Shown: in pieces, positions 30,674 to 40,761 of the stretch
How the letters are laid out: each line of letters opens with the position of its first letter
Position numbering within the stretch: the first letter of the stretch is position 1
Assembly: GCA_913050175.1 (NCBI GenBank)
Contig: CAJXAF010000002.1
Location: 185-64,184 of the forward strand
Reading direction: 5' to 3'
DNA from: an uncultured bacterium
Lineage (GTDB): Bacteria > Omnitrophota > Gorgyraeia > Duberdicusellales > 4484-171
Length of the DNA stretch: 64,000 nt
The notes under the pieces: model-generated
What the model saw: the letters and a program-made list of their open reading frames with translations, nothing else
The model's database searches: none
Told to the model about the DNA's origin: nothing
Made by a program: the position numbers and the translations under genes

Positions 30674-33600
30674 TTATTTTTTAAGCAGTTCTTTTTCTTT
30701 TTTGTCTTTGTCTTTTGGTTTATCTTTGATCTTGTCTTTCTCGGCTCGGACATCAAGACATAGGCCTTGCAACTCTTTTACTAAAACATTAAATGACTCA
30801 GGAACTGAAGGTTGAAATTTCTGCTCTCCCCGAACAATTGCCTCATAAATCCTTGTCCTTCCTTCAACATCATCACTCTTAACAGTAAGCATCTCCTGTA
30901 AGGTAAAAGCTGCTCCATAGGCTTCCAGAGCCCAAACTTCCATCTCTCCAAATCGCTGTCCGCCAAACTGAGCTTTACCACCCAGAGGTTGCTGGGTTAT
31001 AAGCGAATAAGGCCCTATGGCTCGAGCATGAATCTTATCATCAATCATGTGTACTAATTTCATAATATACATATAGCCTACACCAGCTTGCTGGCCAAAA
31101 GACTTACCAGTGTAACCATCGTAGAGAGTAACTTTTCCGTTTTCCGGTAAATTAGCTTCTCTTAATAATTTTTTAATATCCTCTTCCTTAGCGCCGTCAA
31201 AAACCGGCGAATATGTGCGCAAACCTAATTTCTTAGCAGCCCAACCAAGGTGCATTTCCATTAATTGGCCGACATTCATTCGCGAAGGAACGCCTAAAGG
31301 ATTAAGAATGATATCAACGGTTGAGCCATCTTCAAGATAAGGCATGTCCTCTTCCGGCAAAATCTTTGATATAACTCCTTTGTTTCCATGTCTACCGGAA
31401 AGCTTATCTCCAGCGGAGATTTTACGTTTCATGGCTACAAATGCAACCACTTTCTTTAAAACGCCGGCTTTTAACTCGTCACCTTTTTTTATCTTTGCCA
31501 ACTCTAACTCTTTATCAATAGCCAGAGAGTTTAAGCGTTCGTCATAAATATTTCGGATCGCTCTTAATTCTTCGTTGTTTTCATATTCAGCAGCTGTTAT
31601 CTTCTTTTTTTCTTTACCGGTAATTGCAGTCATACGTTTTTTGCATTCAGTTTCAAGTAGCTGACGCTCTTCCTCATAATACTGCTCAATCTCCTGCATT
31701 CGACGAAGCTCTTCAGTCTTCTCTTTTTTAGAGCGTCTTCCTTTATCCTTTCTTTGAAAGACTTCAGCATTGATTACTACTCCGTGCACACCGGGAGGAA
31801 CGCGTAGTGAGGTATCCTTAACATCAGCTGCCTTTTCACCGAATATTGCCCGGAGTAACCTTTCTTCGGGAGATAGTTCTTTCTCGCTTTTCGGAGTAAC
31901 TCTACCGACTAAAATATCATCAGGACCGACCTCAGCTCCAATTCTAATTATTCCACCATCATCCAAATTACTTAAGGCTTCCTCACTGACATTAGGTATG
32001 TCTCTAGTTACTTCCTCATTACCAAGTCTGGTTTCTCTAGCTTCAAGATCAAACTTTTCCACATGAACAGAGGTTAATATATCATCCTTTACCAGGCGTT
32101 CATTTATAATTATTGCATCTTCAAAGTTATAGCCTCTCCAAGGCAAGAAAGCTACGAGTAAATTAGTACCTAAGGCTAATTCCCCACCCCTAGTTGCCAT
32201 TCCATCAGCTAAAATTGTACCTTTCTTTACTTCATCGCCCTTTTTAACCAAAGGCCTCTGGTTGACACAAGTATCAGCATTGGAACGGTAAAATTTCTTC
32301 AACTTATAAGAGTAGTTATCCACCTTAACAGTTGAACCGTCAATCTCAGTAACTTTACCTGACTCTTTAGCAACAACCATGATAACGCTGTCTCGGGCAA
32401 CCTTTTCTTCAATTCCTGTTCCTACTAATGGTTCTTGAGGGAAGAGAAGAGGTACTGATTGGCGCTGCATGTTAGAACCCATAAGAGCCCGGTTTGCATC
32501 ATCATGCTCTAAGAAAGGTATCAAAGAAGCTGAAACTGAAATTATCTGCTGAGGAGAAATATCCATGTATTCTAGTTTTCGTGGTTTTATTTTGGGGAAT
32601 TTGCCTTTATAGCGGGCATATATTTCTTTATCCTTAATTTTACCATCGGGATCAATGTTGGCAGTCACCTGGGCGATAACTCTATTTTCTTCCTCATCTC
32701 CCATTAAAAAATCTATTTTATCTAAAACCTTACCATCCTCTACTTTTCTATAGGGAGTAGTTAAAAAACCCAAGGGGTTGATTTTTGAGTAGGTAGTTAA
32801 AGAAGACAATAAGCCTATGTTTGCACCTTCCGGCGTCTCAATCGGACAGATCTTTCCGTAGTGTGTAGGATGCACATCCCTAACTTCAAAACCAGCTCTT
32901 TCCCGGGAAAGACCTCCCGGACCCATTGCTGACAGCCTACGTTTATGGGTAATTTCTGCTAAAGGGTTTGTCTGGTCCATAAATTGAGAAAGAGGTGATC
33001 GTCCGAAAAAATCTTGAATTTGAGTTGAGAAGGCGCGGGAATTTATTAGGTGTTGAATTGAAAAATCATTGGAAGAAATCAATGAATAGCGCTCCATAAA
33101 CGTCCGTTCAACTCTTAATAAGCCAATACGAACTTGGTGCTGGAGTAACTCACCAATAAGTTTGACTCTTCTATTAGCTAGATGGTCAATGTCATCGATA
33201 TCCCGCTTTCCAGCTTTAATATGTAGCAAAGTTTTTATAATCTCAATCACTGTAGTCAAATCAAGGGTCCGCTTACTTAAAGCAAACTCCATGTTTAACT
33301 TCTTATTTATTAGATACCTGCCGACTTTACCTAAGTCATATCTGCGGCCATCAAGAAACATCCTTCGAAAGACCTCTTTAGCTGCTTCCAAAGTTATTGG
33401 CTCAGTAGGACGCATCTTTTTATAAAAATCTAAATAAGCTTCTTCAGCGCTACTAGCAGAATCCTTCTTTGCAGTATTAATTATCTCTGGATAGGGCTTG
33501 TCAGAAAAGTGATTGTATATATCGTCATTACTGGAAAGGCCCAGTATTCTTAAGATCTGAGTAGCAGGAAATGTTTTACGCCGGTCAATGATAGCGGTAA

Positions 33601-34141
33601 GTGTATCGTTAATATCAGTTCTAAATTCAAGCCAATAGCCTCGATAGGGTATTATCCGGGCAAAATAAAGACGTTTGCCGGTTGGGTGAGCTTCCTCCTC
33701 AAAAAATACTCCCGGAGAACGCTGAAGCTGGCTAATTACTGATCTCTCATCACCATTTATAACGAAAGCGGCCCCATCAGTCATTAAAGGCAGATCGCCA
33801 AGGTAAATTTCCTGTTCCTTTATATCATGAGCCGGTCCGGATAAACGTAAACGTACATGTAAAGGAGCAGCGTAAGTCTGAGATCGCCTTTTGCATTCAT
33901 CAACACTATATCGCGGTCGGCTTAAATTATAAGAAATAAATTCTAAGCGATATTCCTTATCCGGGCTTTCCATAGGAAAGACTTCCTGCATAATTTCCTG
34001 CAGACCTATAGCCTTTCTCTTCTCAGGTAAGATATCCAACTGCAAAAATTCTTTAAATGAGCGTAGTTGATGCTCAAGAAAATTTGGCATGTTGACTGAC
34101 TTTTTTATTTTGGCAAAGGATAACTTTTTAAGTTTTCCCAA
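30674..34141 (-). CDS. rpoB: DNA-directed RNA polymerase subunit beta
   Basis: 1155 aa; SFAKI...LEVQ N-terminus and rifampicin cluster region. It starts with TTG (34141-34139) 6 nt after a strong AGGAGG Shine-Dalgarno. Confidence 0.97.
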   Translation of the reverse strand: MGKLKKLSFAKIKKSVNMPNFLEHQLRSFKEFLQLDILPEKRKAIGLQEIMQEVFPMESPDKEYRLEFISYNLSRPRYSVDECKRRSQTYAAPLHVRLRLSGPAHDIKEQEIYLGDLPLMTDGAAFVINGDERSVISQLQRSPGVFFEEEAHPTGKRLYFARIIPYRGYWLEFRTDINDTLTAIIDRRKTFPATQILRILGLSSNDDIYNHFSDKPYPEIINTAKKDSASSAEEAYLDFYKKMRPTEPITLEAAKEVFRRMFLDGRRYDLGKVGRYLINKKLNMEFALSKRTLDLTTVIEIIKTLLHIKAGKRDIDDIDHLANRRVKLIGELLQHQVRIGLLRVERTFMERYSLISSNDFSIQHLINSRAFSTQIQDFFGRSPLSQFMDQTNPLAEITHKRRLSAMGPGGLSRERAGFEVRDVHPTHYGKICPIETPEGANIGLLSSLTTYSKINPLGFLTTPYRKVEDGKVLDKIDFLMGDEEENRVIAQVTANIDPDGKIKDKEIYARYKGKFPKIKPRKLEYMDISPQQIISVSASLIPFLEHDDANRALMGSNMQRQSVPLLFPQEPLVGTGIEEKVARDSVIMVVAKESGKVTEIDGSTVKVDNYSYKLKKFYRSNADTCVNQRPLVKKGDEVKKGTILADGMATRGGELALGTNLLVAFLPWRGYNFEDAIIINERLVKDDILTSVHVEKFDLEARETRLGNEEVTRDIPNVSEEALSNLDDGGIIRIGAEVGPDDILVGRVTPKSEKELSPEERLLRAIFGEKAADVKDTSLRVPPGVHGVVINAEVFQRKDKGRRSKKEKTEELRRMQEIEQYYEEERQLLETECKKRMTAITGKEKKKITAAEYENNEELRAIRNIYDERLNSLAIDKELELAKIKKGDELKAGVLKKVVAFVAMKRKISAGDKLSGRHGNKGVISKILPEEDMPYLEDGSTVDIILNPLGVPSRMNVGQLMEMHLGWAAKKLGLRTYSPVFDGAKEEDIKKLLREANLPENGKVTLYDGYTGKSFGQQAGVGYMYIMKLVHMIDDKIHARAIGPYSLITQQPLGGKAQFGGQRFGEMEVWALEAYGAAFTLQEMLTVKSDDVEGRTRIYEAIVRGEQKFQPSVPESFNVLVKELQGLCLDVRAEKDKIKDKPKDKDKKEKELLKK

Positions 34142-34205
34142 ATTGTCCTCCTCTTTATTAAGGATTAATAGCTAAGAATTGACAAACGTAAAATTGTACT
34201 TAAAA

Positions 34206-34580
34206 TTATTTTAATTCGGCAGTTCCGCCAGCTGTTTCAATCTTCTTCTTAATCTCCTCAGCTTCTTCCTTAGAAACATTCTCTTTAACTGGTTTAGGAG
34301 CAGAGTCAACCAACCCTTTGGCTTCTTTTAGGCCTAACTCGGTAATTGCTCTAATTTCTTTAATTACGGCAATTTTATTTGCACCGGCTCCGGTTAAAAC
34401 AACACTAAAAGAAGTTTTTTCTTCCTCTTCCTCAGCGGCTGCACCCGGGGCTGCAGCTACAGCAACGGCTGGAGCACTTGCACTGACTCCAAATTTGTCT
34501 TCACAAGCTTTTACCACTTCAGAAAGTTCAAGAACTGTCATTTCTTCCAGTATCTTAATCATATCTTCTACCTTTGACAT
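34206..34580 (-). CDS. rplL: 50S ribosomal protein L7/L12
   Basis: 124 aa; Ala-rich hinge ([13 protein letters not shown]) and C-terminal domain [19 protein letters not shown]. Confidence 0.95.
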   Translation of the reverse strand: MSKVEDMIKILEEMTVLELSEVVKACEDKFGVSASAPAVAVAAAPGAAAEEEEEKTSFSVVLTGAGANKIAVIKEIRAITELGLKEAKGLVDSAPKPVKENVSKEEAEEIKKKIETAGGTAELK

Positions 34581-34599
34581 AACGACCTCCTCATAATTC

Positions 34600-35145
34600 T
34601 TATTTAGTTTCTTTTACCTTTTTGATCTCTTCAACCACCCAAACAAACTTACAGATTATCTGATTTAGCGCAGATAAAAAACCGGTTAAAGGTGAAGAGA
34701 TAGCAGATAAAGCCGTGCCCAAAAGAACCTCCCGAGAAGGAAGCTTAGCAAGTGCGATTAACTCTTTAGCGCCGACTTTCTTATCTTTAATGACACCACC
34801 TTTTAACTTTAAGCTCTCAAACTCCTTAGAAAAATCAACCAAAGTCTTAGCTGGCTTAACAACATCCTCGTCATAAACCAAAACCAGGGCTGTTTCTGCT
34901 TCAAGAAGGTTGTCAAAATCTTCCCACCCTATTTCACTTAAGGCTTTCAAAAAAAGAGAGTTTTTGGTTATAAAGACTTTTGTATTGGAAGCAGCTAAAT
35001 CATTGCGTAGAACGTTAAAGGGATATGCCGGAAGTTTGTTGAAAGAAATAAAATAGCAAGCTTGGGCTTCTTGAGCTCTCTCTTTAATTTCAGAGATTAT
35101 CTTTTCCCGTGTCATTAATCCAACTTTTTTAGTCTGAGTATTCAT
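34600..35145 (-). CDS. rplJ: 50S ribosomal protein L10
   Basis: 181 aa directly upstream of rplL, conserved position; helical C-terminal L12-binding region. Confidence 0.88.
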   Translation of the reverse strand: MNTQTKKVGLMTREKIISEIKERAQEAQACYFISFNKLPAYPFNVLRNDLAASNTKVFITKNSLFLKALSEIGWEDFDNLLEAETALVLVYDEDVVKPAKTLVDFSKEFESLKLKGGVIKDKKVGAKELIALAKLPSREVLLGTALSAISSPLTGFLSALNQIICKFVWVVEEIKKVKETK

Positions 35146-35163
35146 AAGTTTAAATATTTTACT

Positions 35164-35844
35164 TTAGAGCGCAATTCTAACTGATGGGCTCATTGTGGTT
35201 GATAAATAAAAACTTTTAATATAGTCACCCTTTATTGATTGAGGTTTAGAATTCTCCAAGGCCTCAAGGAAGGCTGTTAAATTGCCTAAAATGTCCTCTT
35301 TGCTAAAAGAAATCTTTCCCAGGCCGAGATGGAGGCAACTCAATTTATCCATACGAAAATCAACCTTTCCTCGCTTTGCTTCTTTAATGGCATGGGCTAT
35401 GTTTTCAGTTACAGTCCCTGTTTTAGGTGAAGGCATAAGGCCTCTTGGTCCGAGGAACTTTCCCAATTTACTCACTAATCGCATTTGCTCAGGGGTTGAG
35501 ATACAACAATCAAAATCAAGCCAACCTTCTTTTAAAATTTTATCAATAACATCCTGGGAACCGATATGATCTGCGCCGGCCTCCTTAGCTTCTTTTTCCT
35601 TTTCCGGTTCGCAAAAAACTAAGACTCTAACAGTTTTTCCAGTTCCGGCAGGTAAGACTACTGACCCCCTAACTAATTGATCAGATTGTTTTGGATCGGC
35701 ACCTAATTTACTGCTTACCTCAATGGTTTCGTCGAATTTTGCTTTTGGTAAAGATTTTAAAACGTCAACAGCCTCAGTGAGAGGATAAGCCTTGTCAAAA
35801 TCAACTTTTTTTAACGCTTCCTTATATCTTTTACTTGGACTCAT
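35164..35844 (-). CDS. rplA: 50S ribosomal protein L1
   Basis: 226 aa; SKRYKEA..KVD..K.Y.L.EA... Confidence 0.95.
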   Translation of the reverse strand: MSPSKRYKEALKKVDFDKAYPLTEAVDVLKSLPKAKFDETIEVSSKLGADPKQSDQLVRGSVVLPAGTGKTVRVLVFCEPEKEKEAKEAGADHIGSQDVIDKILKEGWLDFDCCISTPEQMRLVSKLGKFLGPRGLMPSPKTGTVTENIAHAIKEAKRGKVDFRMDKLSCLHLGLGKISFSKEDILGNLTAFLEALENSKPQSIKGDYIKSFYLSTTMSPSVRIAL

Positions 35845-35853
35845 GAATACACC

Positions 35854-36294
35854 TTATCCTTCTATAATTTTAATACCGCAACTTCGAGCTGTTCCCTCAA
35901 CTACTTTCATTGCCTGCTCTACATCGTTAGTATTTAAATCTTGCAGTTTCTCCTTGGCGATCTCTTTTACTGCTGATTTTGTTACCTCACCAATTATATC
36001 TTTTCCGGGAGTAGAACTGGCCTTAGCCAAGTTTGCTGCTCTTTTAAGAAGAAAAGAAACCGGGGGGCTCTTAACAATGAAATCAAAAGACTTATCTTCA
36101 TAAACGTTAATAACAACTGGGAGGACAATACCTTCTTTCTGTTTTGTGGCATCATTGAAAGCTTTAACAAACTGCATAATCGGCACACCATGCTGACCTA
36201 AAGCTGGGCCAACCGGCGGTGCCGCAGTTGCGCTCCCGGCCGATATCTGAAGCTTGATCTGGGTTACTGGTTTCTTTTTTTTCTTTTTCGCCAT
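35854..36294 (-). CDS. rplK: 50S ribosomal protein L11
   Basis: 146 aa; [33 protein letters not shown]. Confidence 0.95.
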   Translation of the reverse strand: MAKKKKKKPVTQIKLQISAGSATAAPPVGPALGQHGVPIMQFVKAFNDATKQKEGIVLPVVINVYEDKSFDFIVKSPPVSFLLKRAANLAKASSTPGKDIIGEVTKSAVKEIAKEKLQDLNTNDVEQAMKVVEGTARSCGIKIIEG

Positions 36295-36316
36295 TTTTCT
36301 ATCCTTTAATTTGAAA

Positions 36317-36844
36317 TTAAATCTTTTCTACTTGCCAAAACTCCAACTCGACCGGAGTAGTTCTGCCAAAGATTGAAACACTAACTTTTAATTTACCTTT
36401 ATCAAGGGATACGTCATCAACTGTTCCATTAAAATTAATGAATGGCCCTTCGATAACTCTAATATTTTCTCCCTTTTCAAAACTAACCTTTGGCGCTGGC
36501 TTAGCCTTGCTCTCATCAGCCTTAGAGATAATTCTATCTACTTCCTCTTGAGCAATTGGTGATGGTTTTCGTCTTGGGCCGATAAAAGCTGTAATCCCTG
36601 GTGTCTTACGCACAAAGAGCCAGGTATCATCATTCATCTCCATATGGATTAAGATATAGCCTGGGAAAAATTTTCTTTCAAGCACTCTCTTTTTACCAAG
36701 TTTTACCTCAGTAATCTGCTCTTTGGGAATGATAACATCATCAATTAAATCTTGCTGATTGTGAGCTTTTATCCTGGAATCAAGATTATTCTTTGTCTTG
36801 TCCTCGGCCCCGCTAAGAGTGTGCAGTATATACCACTGTTTCAT
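36317..36844 (-). CDS. nusG: transcription termination/antitermination factor NusG
   Basis: 175 aa; N-terminal NGN domain ([16 protein letters not shown]) and C-terminal KOW ([14 protein letters not shown]). Confidence 0.9.
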   Translation of the reverse strand: MKQWYILHTLSGAEDKTKNNLDSRIKAHNQQDLIDDVIIPKEQITEVKLGKKRVLERKFFPGYILIHMEMNDDTWLFVRKTPGITAFIGPRRKPSPIAQEEVDRIISKADESKAKPAPKVSFEKGENIRVIEGPFINFNGTVDDVSLDKGKLKVSVSIFGRTTPVELEFWQVEKI

Positions 36845-37035
36845 TTTAAAATAAATTGGATAGCTCTTGATAAACCTAAGTCAACCACAAAAATGTAGCA
36901 AGTGATTAAAACCGAGGCAATCACAACTATGACTCCGGCTGAAATCAGTTCCTGACGTGTAGACCAATTTACCTTCTTAAGCTCTTCTCTTACTTCCTTT
37001 AAAAAAACAGGAAGACGTTTAATTTTTTTAATCAT
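36841..37035 (-). CDS. secE: preprotein translocase subunit SecE
   Basis: 64 aa single-TM protein (E.KKV.WSTRQEL...VIVVIASVLI) immediately upstream of nusG, conserved secE-nusG pairing. Confidence 0.7.
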   Translation of the reverse strand: MIKKIKRLPVFLKEVREELKKVNWSTRQELISAGVIVVIASVLITCYIFVVDLGLSRAIQFILK

Positions 37036-37091
37036 TATTTAATTTAAAGAATTATTATGAAAAATGCTCTTATTAAAACAAATCTCTTCAA

Positions 37092-37165
37092 CAGGCGAGG
37101 CAGGAGTTGAACCTGCAACCCCCGGTTTTGGAGACCGGTGCTCTAGCCAATTGAGCTACTCGCCT
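37092..37165 (-). tRNA. tRNA-Trp (anticodon CCA)
   Basis: Reverse complement AGGCGAGTAGCTCAATTGGCTAGAGCACCGGTCTCCAAAACCGGGGGTTGCAGGTTCAACTCCTGCCTCGCCT folds into a canonical cloverleaf (7-bp acceptor, GCTC/GAGC D-stem, anticodon loop CTCCAAA, T-loop TTCAACT). Conserved position between rpmG and secE. Confidence 0.9.
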
Positions 37166-37207
37166 AAAATTAATTTTAGGCTTAGGAACGATTACCAAAG
37201 AACTTAA

Positions 37208-37360
37208 TCAGGGCTTAGCTTCCTTATGATCTATATGCTTACGATCAAAACGACAATACTTATTTAGAGTAAGCTTTTCCGGATGTTTACGCTTATTCTT
37301 AGTAATGTAATAGTTTTTTCGCTTACAATTTGTGCAGGATAACGCAATTAATTCTCGCAT
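37208..37360 (-). CDS. rpmG: 50S ribosomal protein L33 (Zn-binding form)
   Basis: Not in the ORF track. Reverse translation from the ATG at 37360 gives MRELIALSCTNCKRKNYYITKNKRKHPEKLTLNKYCRFDRKHIDHKEAKP, stop at 37208-37210. Confidence 0.85.
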   Translation of the reverse strand: MRELIALSCTNCKRKNYYITKNKRKHPEKLTLNKYCRFDRKHIDHKEAKP

Positions 37361-37370
37361 AATGACTTAG

Positions 37371-37405
37371 GTAAAAAAAATAGAAAAGAGGGTAAAACTC
37401 ACCCT
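37371..37405 (-). terminator. weak intrinsic-terminator-like hairpin plus U-tract between tRNA-Thr and rpmG
   Basis: In minus-strand RNA: AGGGU-GAGUUUU-ACCCU (5-bp GC-rich stem) followed by CUUUUCUAUUUUUUUU. Confidence 0.3.
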
Positions 37406-37442
37406 TTTCCACATCGTGGTACTTATTATATACCTCTTATAA

Positions 37443-37515
<73 letters not shown>

Positions 37516-37699
37516 TTTCTCCCTGATTTTAAAGGGAAAAAGTTGACCATACGATGATACTATAAAAGTTTTTTTTGTCAAGAAAAAAAGAAAAATTTAT
37601 TGGCTGGTAAAAAATATGGCTTTTTTAGCCTTTTTTGAAAAAATGCTCAAAAAAGCAAATTTATTAAAGAAGAGGTATTTATCCTAAAAATGGCTAAAA

Positions 37700-39706
37700 T
37701 CACTTAATTAGCTTTAAAAACTCATCTTCGTAAACAATTCTTACCCCTAGCGCTTTAGCTTTACTAAATTTTGACCCGGGGTTTTTACCAACAACTACAA
37801 AATCAGTATTTTTGCTGACTGTAGAAACTACCTTGGCTCCCTTCTTTTGAATTATTTCCTTTGCCTGATTGCGAGCGATAGAGTTTAGTTCACCGGTAAA
37901 AATAAAAGTTAAGCCGCTAAATGAATTATCTAGGAGTGGTTTATTTAATTCTTTAGTGCTAATACCTAACTTCTTTAAGAGATTAATCATCTTCTTAGTT
38001 TGAGGTTGAGCAAAGTAATTTACAATTGATAAAGCCATGGTAGGCCCAATTTCAGAAATAGCCGTTAAGTCCTCTTCCTTTAATAAAAGAAGCTTATCAA
38101 TGTTTTTAAAATTATCGGCTAAAAGCATAGCTGCTTTCTCGCCTACATGTCGTATGCCTAAGCCATATAATAATCGCGAAAGAGATCTTTGTTTACTCCC
38201 AATAATAGCCTGAATTAAATTATTTGCTCTTTTTTCTTTAAAGAGCGGTAAGCTCAGTAAATCCTCTTTTTTAAGTAGGTATATATCGGCTAAAGTTTTT
38301 ATAATCTTGCGGTCAACTAACTCGGCAACCACGCTTTCTCCCATGCCTTCAATATCTAAGGCGTTACGCGATATAAAATGCAGAACTGATTTTTTAAGTT
38401 GAGCCGGACAATCAGGGTTAAGACAGTAGAGATAAACCTCGACTTGGGCTTCTTTGGCAACTTTGCCAGAACACACAGGACACTTTGTCGGTATAAGCAC
38501 CTTCTTTTCCTTACCCTTTCTTTTTGAACTTATTACTTTTATAATTTTTGGTATAACCTCGCCAGCCCGTTCAATTAGAACAGTATCCTTGTTGCGGATA
38601 TCCAATCTTTGAATCTCATCAAAATTATGCAGAGTAGCCCTTGATATAGTGACGCCACCGCACTCGATTGGCTCTAATATTGCAACCGGTGTAATAATTC
38701 CGGTTCTGCCTACGCCAAATTCTATTTTAGCAATTTTTGTTGTTGCCTGATGCGCCGGGAATTTATAAGCTACTGCCCAACGGGGTGATTTCATGGTTGA
38801 ACCTAATTGGCGGCGCAAAGAAAAGCTATTAACTTTTACCACTATTCCATCAACTTCGTAGTCTAAAGAATCCCGCTGTTTCTCCCACCGAAGACAGTAA
38901 TCAATAACTTGCTTAATGCTTTGACAATGCTTACTATTGAAATCAATTGGCAGGCCCCAAGTTGAAATTCTCTTAAGAAATTGTTTATGATTAGTGAAAT
39001 CAGCATCATCAACCCAACCATAGGAATGGACTAGACAACGCAGATGCCGCTTTGCTACTAGTTTTGAATCCAAAAGTTTTAAGGATCCACTAGTTGCATT
39101 TCGGGGATTAGCAAAAACTGTTTCCTTGGATTCTATTCGTTCTTTATTTATTTTCGCAAAATCTTTTTTTGACATAAAGACCTCTCCCCTGACTTCAAGT
39201 AGTTGAGGATAATTTTTACTTAAACGCAGAGGAATTGATTTAATAGTTTTTAAATTAGGAGTTACGTCCTCACCGGCCTGGCCATCGCCTCTGGTTGTTC
39301 CCAAAAGAAAAGCACCGTTTTTATAAGTTAAAGAGCAGCTTACTCCATCAATCTTCGGTTCAACCACATAATCCAGAGCAACTTCTCTTTTCAGCATCCG
39401 CTTTATTTTTTCTTCCCATTCTTTTAACTCTTGAATGGAATAAGTATTATCCAAAGATAACATTTTTTCCCTATGCTTAACTGTTTTAAAACCGCTGGAG
39501 ATGCCTTGGGCTACTCGCTGTGTCGGTGAATCGGGGGTAATCAGTTGGGGGTTATCTTTTTCCAAAAATTTGAGGTCTCGCAAGAGGTCGTCGTAGGCTT
39601 TATCAGAAATCTCAGGATCGCTAAGAACATAGTAGCAGTAATCAGCTTGCCGTATCTTTAATCTTAAGCTGGCAATTTCTTTTCCTACTTTATCAAGATT
39701 TTTCAT
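37700..39706 (-). CDS. ligA: NAD-dependent DNA ligase LigA
   Basis: 668 aa; adenylation KxDG motif (VEPKIDGVS), OB fold, Cys4 Zn finger (CPVCSGK...CLNPDCPAQ), HhH repeats, C-terminal BRCT. Confidence 0.95.
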   Translation of the reverse strand: MKNLDKVGKEIASLRLKIRQADYCYYVLSDPEISDKAYDDLLRDLKFLEKDNPQLITPDSPTQRVAQGISSGFKTVKHREKMLSLDNTYSIQELKEWEEKIKRMLKREVALDYVVEPKIDGVSCSLTYKNGAFLLGTTRGDGQAGEDVTPNLKTIKSIPLRLSKNYPQLLEVRGEVFMSKKDFAKINKERIESKETVFANPRNATSGSLKLLDSKLVAKRHLRCLVHSYGWVDDADFTNHKQFLKRISTWGLPIDFNSKHCQSIKQVIDYCLRWEKQRDSLDYEVDGIVVKVNSFSLRRQLGSTMKSPRWAVAYKFPAHQATTKIAKIEFGVGRTGIITPVAILEPIECGGVTISRATLHNFDEIQRLDIRNKDTVLIERAGEVIPKIIKVISSKRKGKEKKVLIPTKCPVCSGKVAKEAQVEVYLYCLNPDCPAQLKKSVLHFISRNALDIEGMGESVVAELVDRKIIKTLADIYLLKKEDLLSLPLFKEKRANNLIQAIIGSKQRSLSRLLYGLGIRHVGEKAAMLLADNFKNIDKLLLLKEEDLTAISEIGPTMALSIVNYFAQPQTKKMINLLKKLGISTKELNKPLLDNSFSGLTFIFTGELNSIARNQAKEIIQKKGAKVVSTVSKNTDFVVVGKNPGSKFSKAKALGVRIVYEDEFLKLIK

Positions 39707-39715
39707 AGTCTTAAA

Positions 39716-40441
39716 TCACCACCCCTCAAAAAGCCGGTTAGCAAGAATTGAAGGCAGACCCTTAGCGATTATATTATCAGCTGCTTCTTTGATATTATAC
39801 TCTAACCTTATAAATTTTACTATTGCTCTCTTGCTATCATAGACACAGAAAGATGACCGGTTATCCCGATCCCGTGGTTGACCAACGCTGCCAATATTTA
39901 TTATGTACTGTTTATCTTTATCAAGCCTAATAGCCTCAGTTCTCAAAACCTCAATTTTATTGTTAGAAAAACTAAATCCCCCAGCTCTATGGGTATGACC
40001 GATAAAGCATATTTGTCTATCTAGCAAAGAAAAGCTGGTTTCAGAATCAAAGGATGAGTGGATATAACAAAACTCTTGCGGTTTATAAAGACTACCGTGG
40101 ACACAAACAAAATTGCTTTCCTCATAAGATAAGCTAAAGGTTTCCAGATATGCAAAATCATCCCGGTCTAGTTGGTTTCTACTCCAAAGTAAAGCATCTC
40201 TGGCAAAAGCATTAAAATTACCTAAGCCAAACTTCGAAAGTGCACCCCACTCATGGTTACCGGCTATAAGAAAGGGTTTAAGGGTTTTGACAATTTTAAT
40301 ACACTCGGTGGGACTGCCCCCGTAACCAATAAGGTCACCAAGAAATATAAGCTTATCAATTTGTTCCTTATTTAAAAAGTTAACTACTGCCGCCAGGGCC
40401 GGAAGGTTTCCGTGGACATCGGAAAAAATACCATACTTCAT
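39716..40441 (-). CDS. metallophosphoesterase (calcineurin-like phosphoesterase family)
   Basis: 241 aa; DVHGN, GDLIGYG, GNHE, GHTH metal-binding motifs. Confidence 0.7.
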   Translation of the reverse strand: MKYGIFSDVHGNLPALAAVVNFLNKEQIDKLIFLGDLIGYGGSPTECIKIVKTLKPFLIAGNHEWGALSKFGLGNFNAFARDALLWSRNQLDRDDFAYLETFSLSYEESNFVCVHGSLYKPQEFCYIHSSFDSETSFSLLDRQICFIGHTHRAGGFSFSNNKIEVLRTEAIRLDKDKQYIINIGSVGQPRDRDNRSSFCVYDSKRAIVKFIRLEYNIKEAADNIIAKGLPSILANRLFEGW

Positions 40442-40474
40442 AAATTAAAGTAAAAAATATAAAAAGCGCGCCTC

Positions 40475-40750
40475 TTAAAATCTTATCCCGAAACCAGTGT
40501 GTTCCTCATCGCACTTTACTTGGCTTTCATTAGATTCGCTAATACTTCTTTTAAACTCATTTCGTAAATCAATAAAAAAATTATCCACATCCTTATCGCT
40601 GCCAGAAGCTAAGAGTTCGACTCTGCCATCGGAAAGGTTTCTAACCCATCCTTTAACGCTATGTCTATTGGCAATCATCCTTGCTGTAAAACGAAAACCT
40701 ACTCCCTGGACAATACCGGAATAATAGGCATGAATAGTTTTATTTTTCAT
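40475..40750 (-). CDS. acyP: acylphosphatase
   Basis: 91 aa; VQGVGFRFTARMIANRHSVKGWVRNLSDGRVE is the acylphosphatase signature. Confidence 0.85.
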   Translation of the reverse strand: MKNKTIHAYYSGIVQGVGFRFTARMIANRHSVKGWVRNLSDGRVELLASGSDKDVDNFFIDLRNEFKRSISESNESQVKCDEEHTGFGIRF

Positions 40751-40761
40751 TTTAAATCAAT

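Noticed and set aside
31440-31760. Charged coiled-coil-like ~100-aa segment inside rpoB (KKEKTEELRRMQEIEQYYEEERQLL...)
   Set aside because: It lies at the position of the known lineage-variable beta-subunit sequence insertion (SI2/dispensable region 2). It is in-frame, with no intein/homing-endonuclease motifs and no flanking repeats, so it is not a mobile insertion.
37544-37582. TTGACC...TATAAA (plus) and TTGACA...TATAGT (minus) promoter-like hexamers between ligA and tRNA-Thr
   Set aside because: The -35/-10 spacers are only 11-13 nt on either strand, which is not a canonical sigma70 geometry. This is probably AT-rich coincidence, and the true promoter of the supercluster cannot be called from sequence alone.
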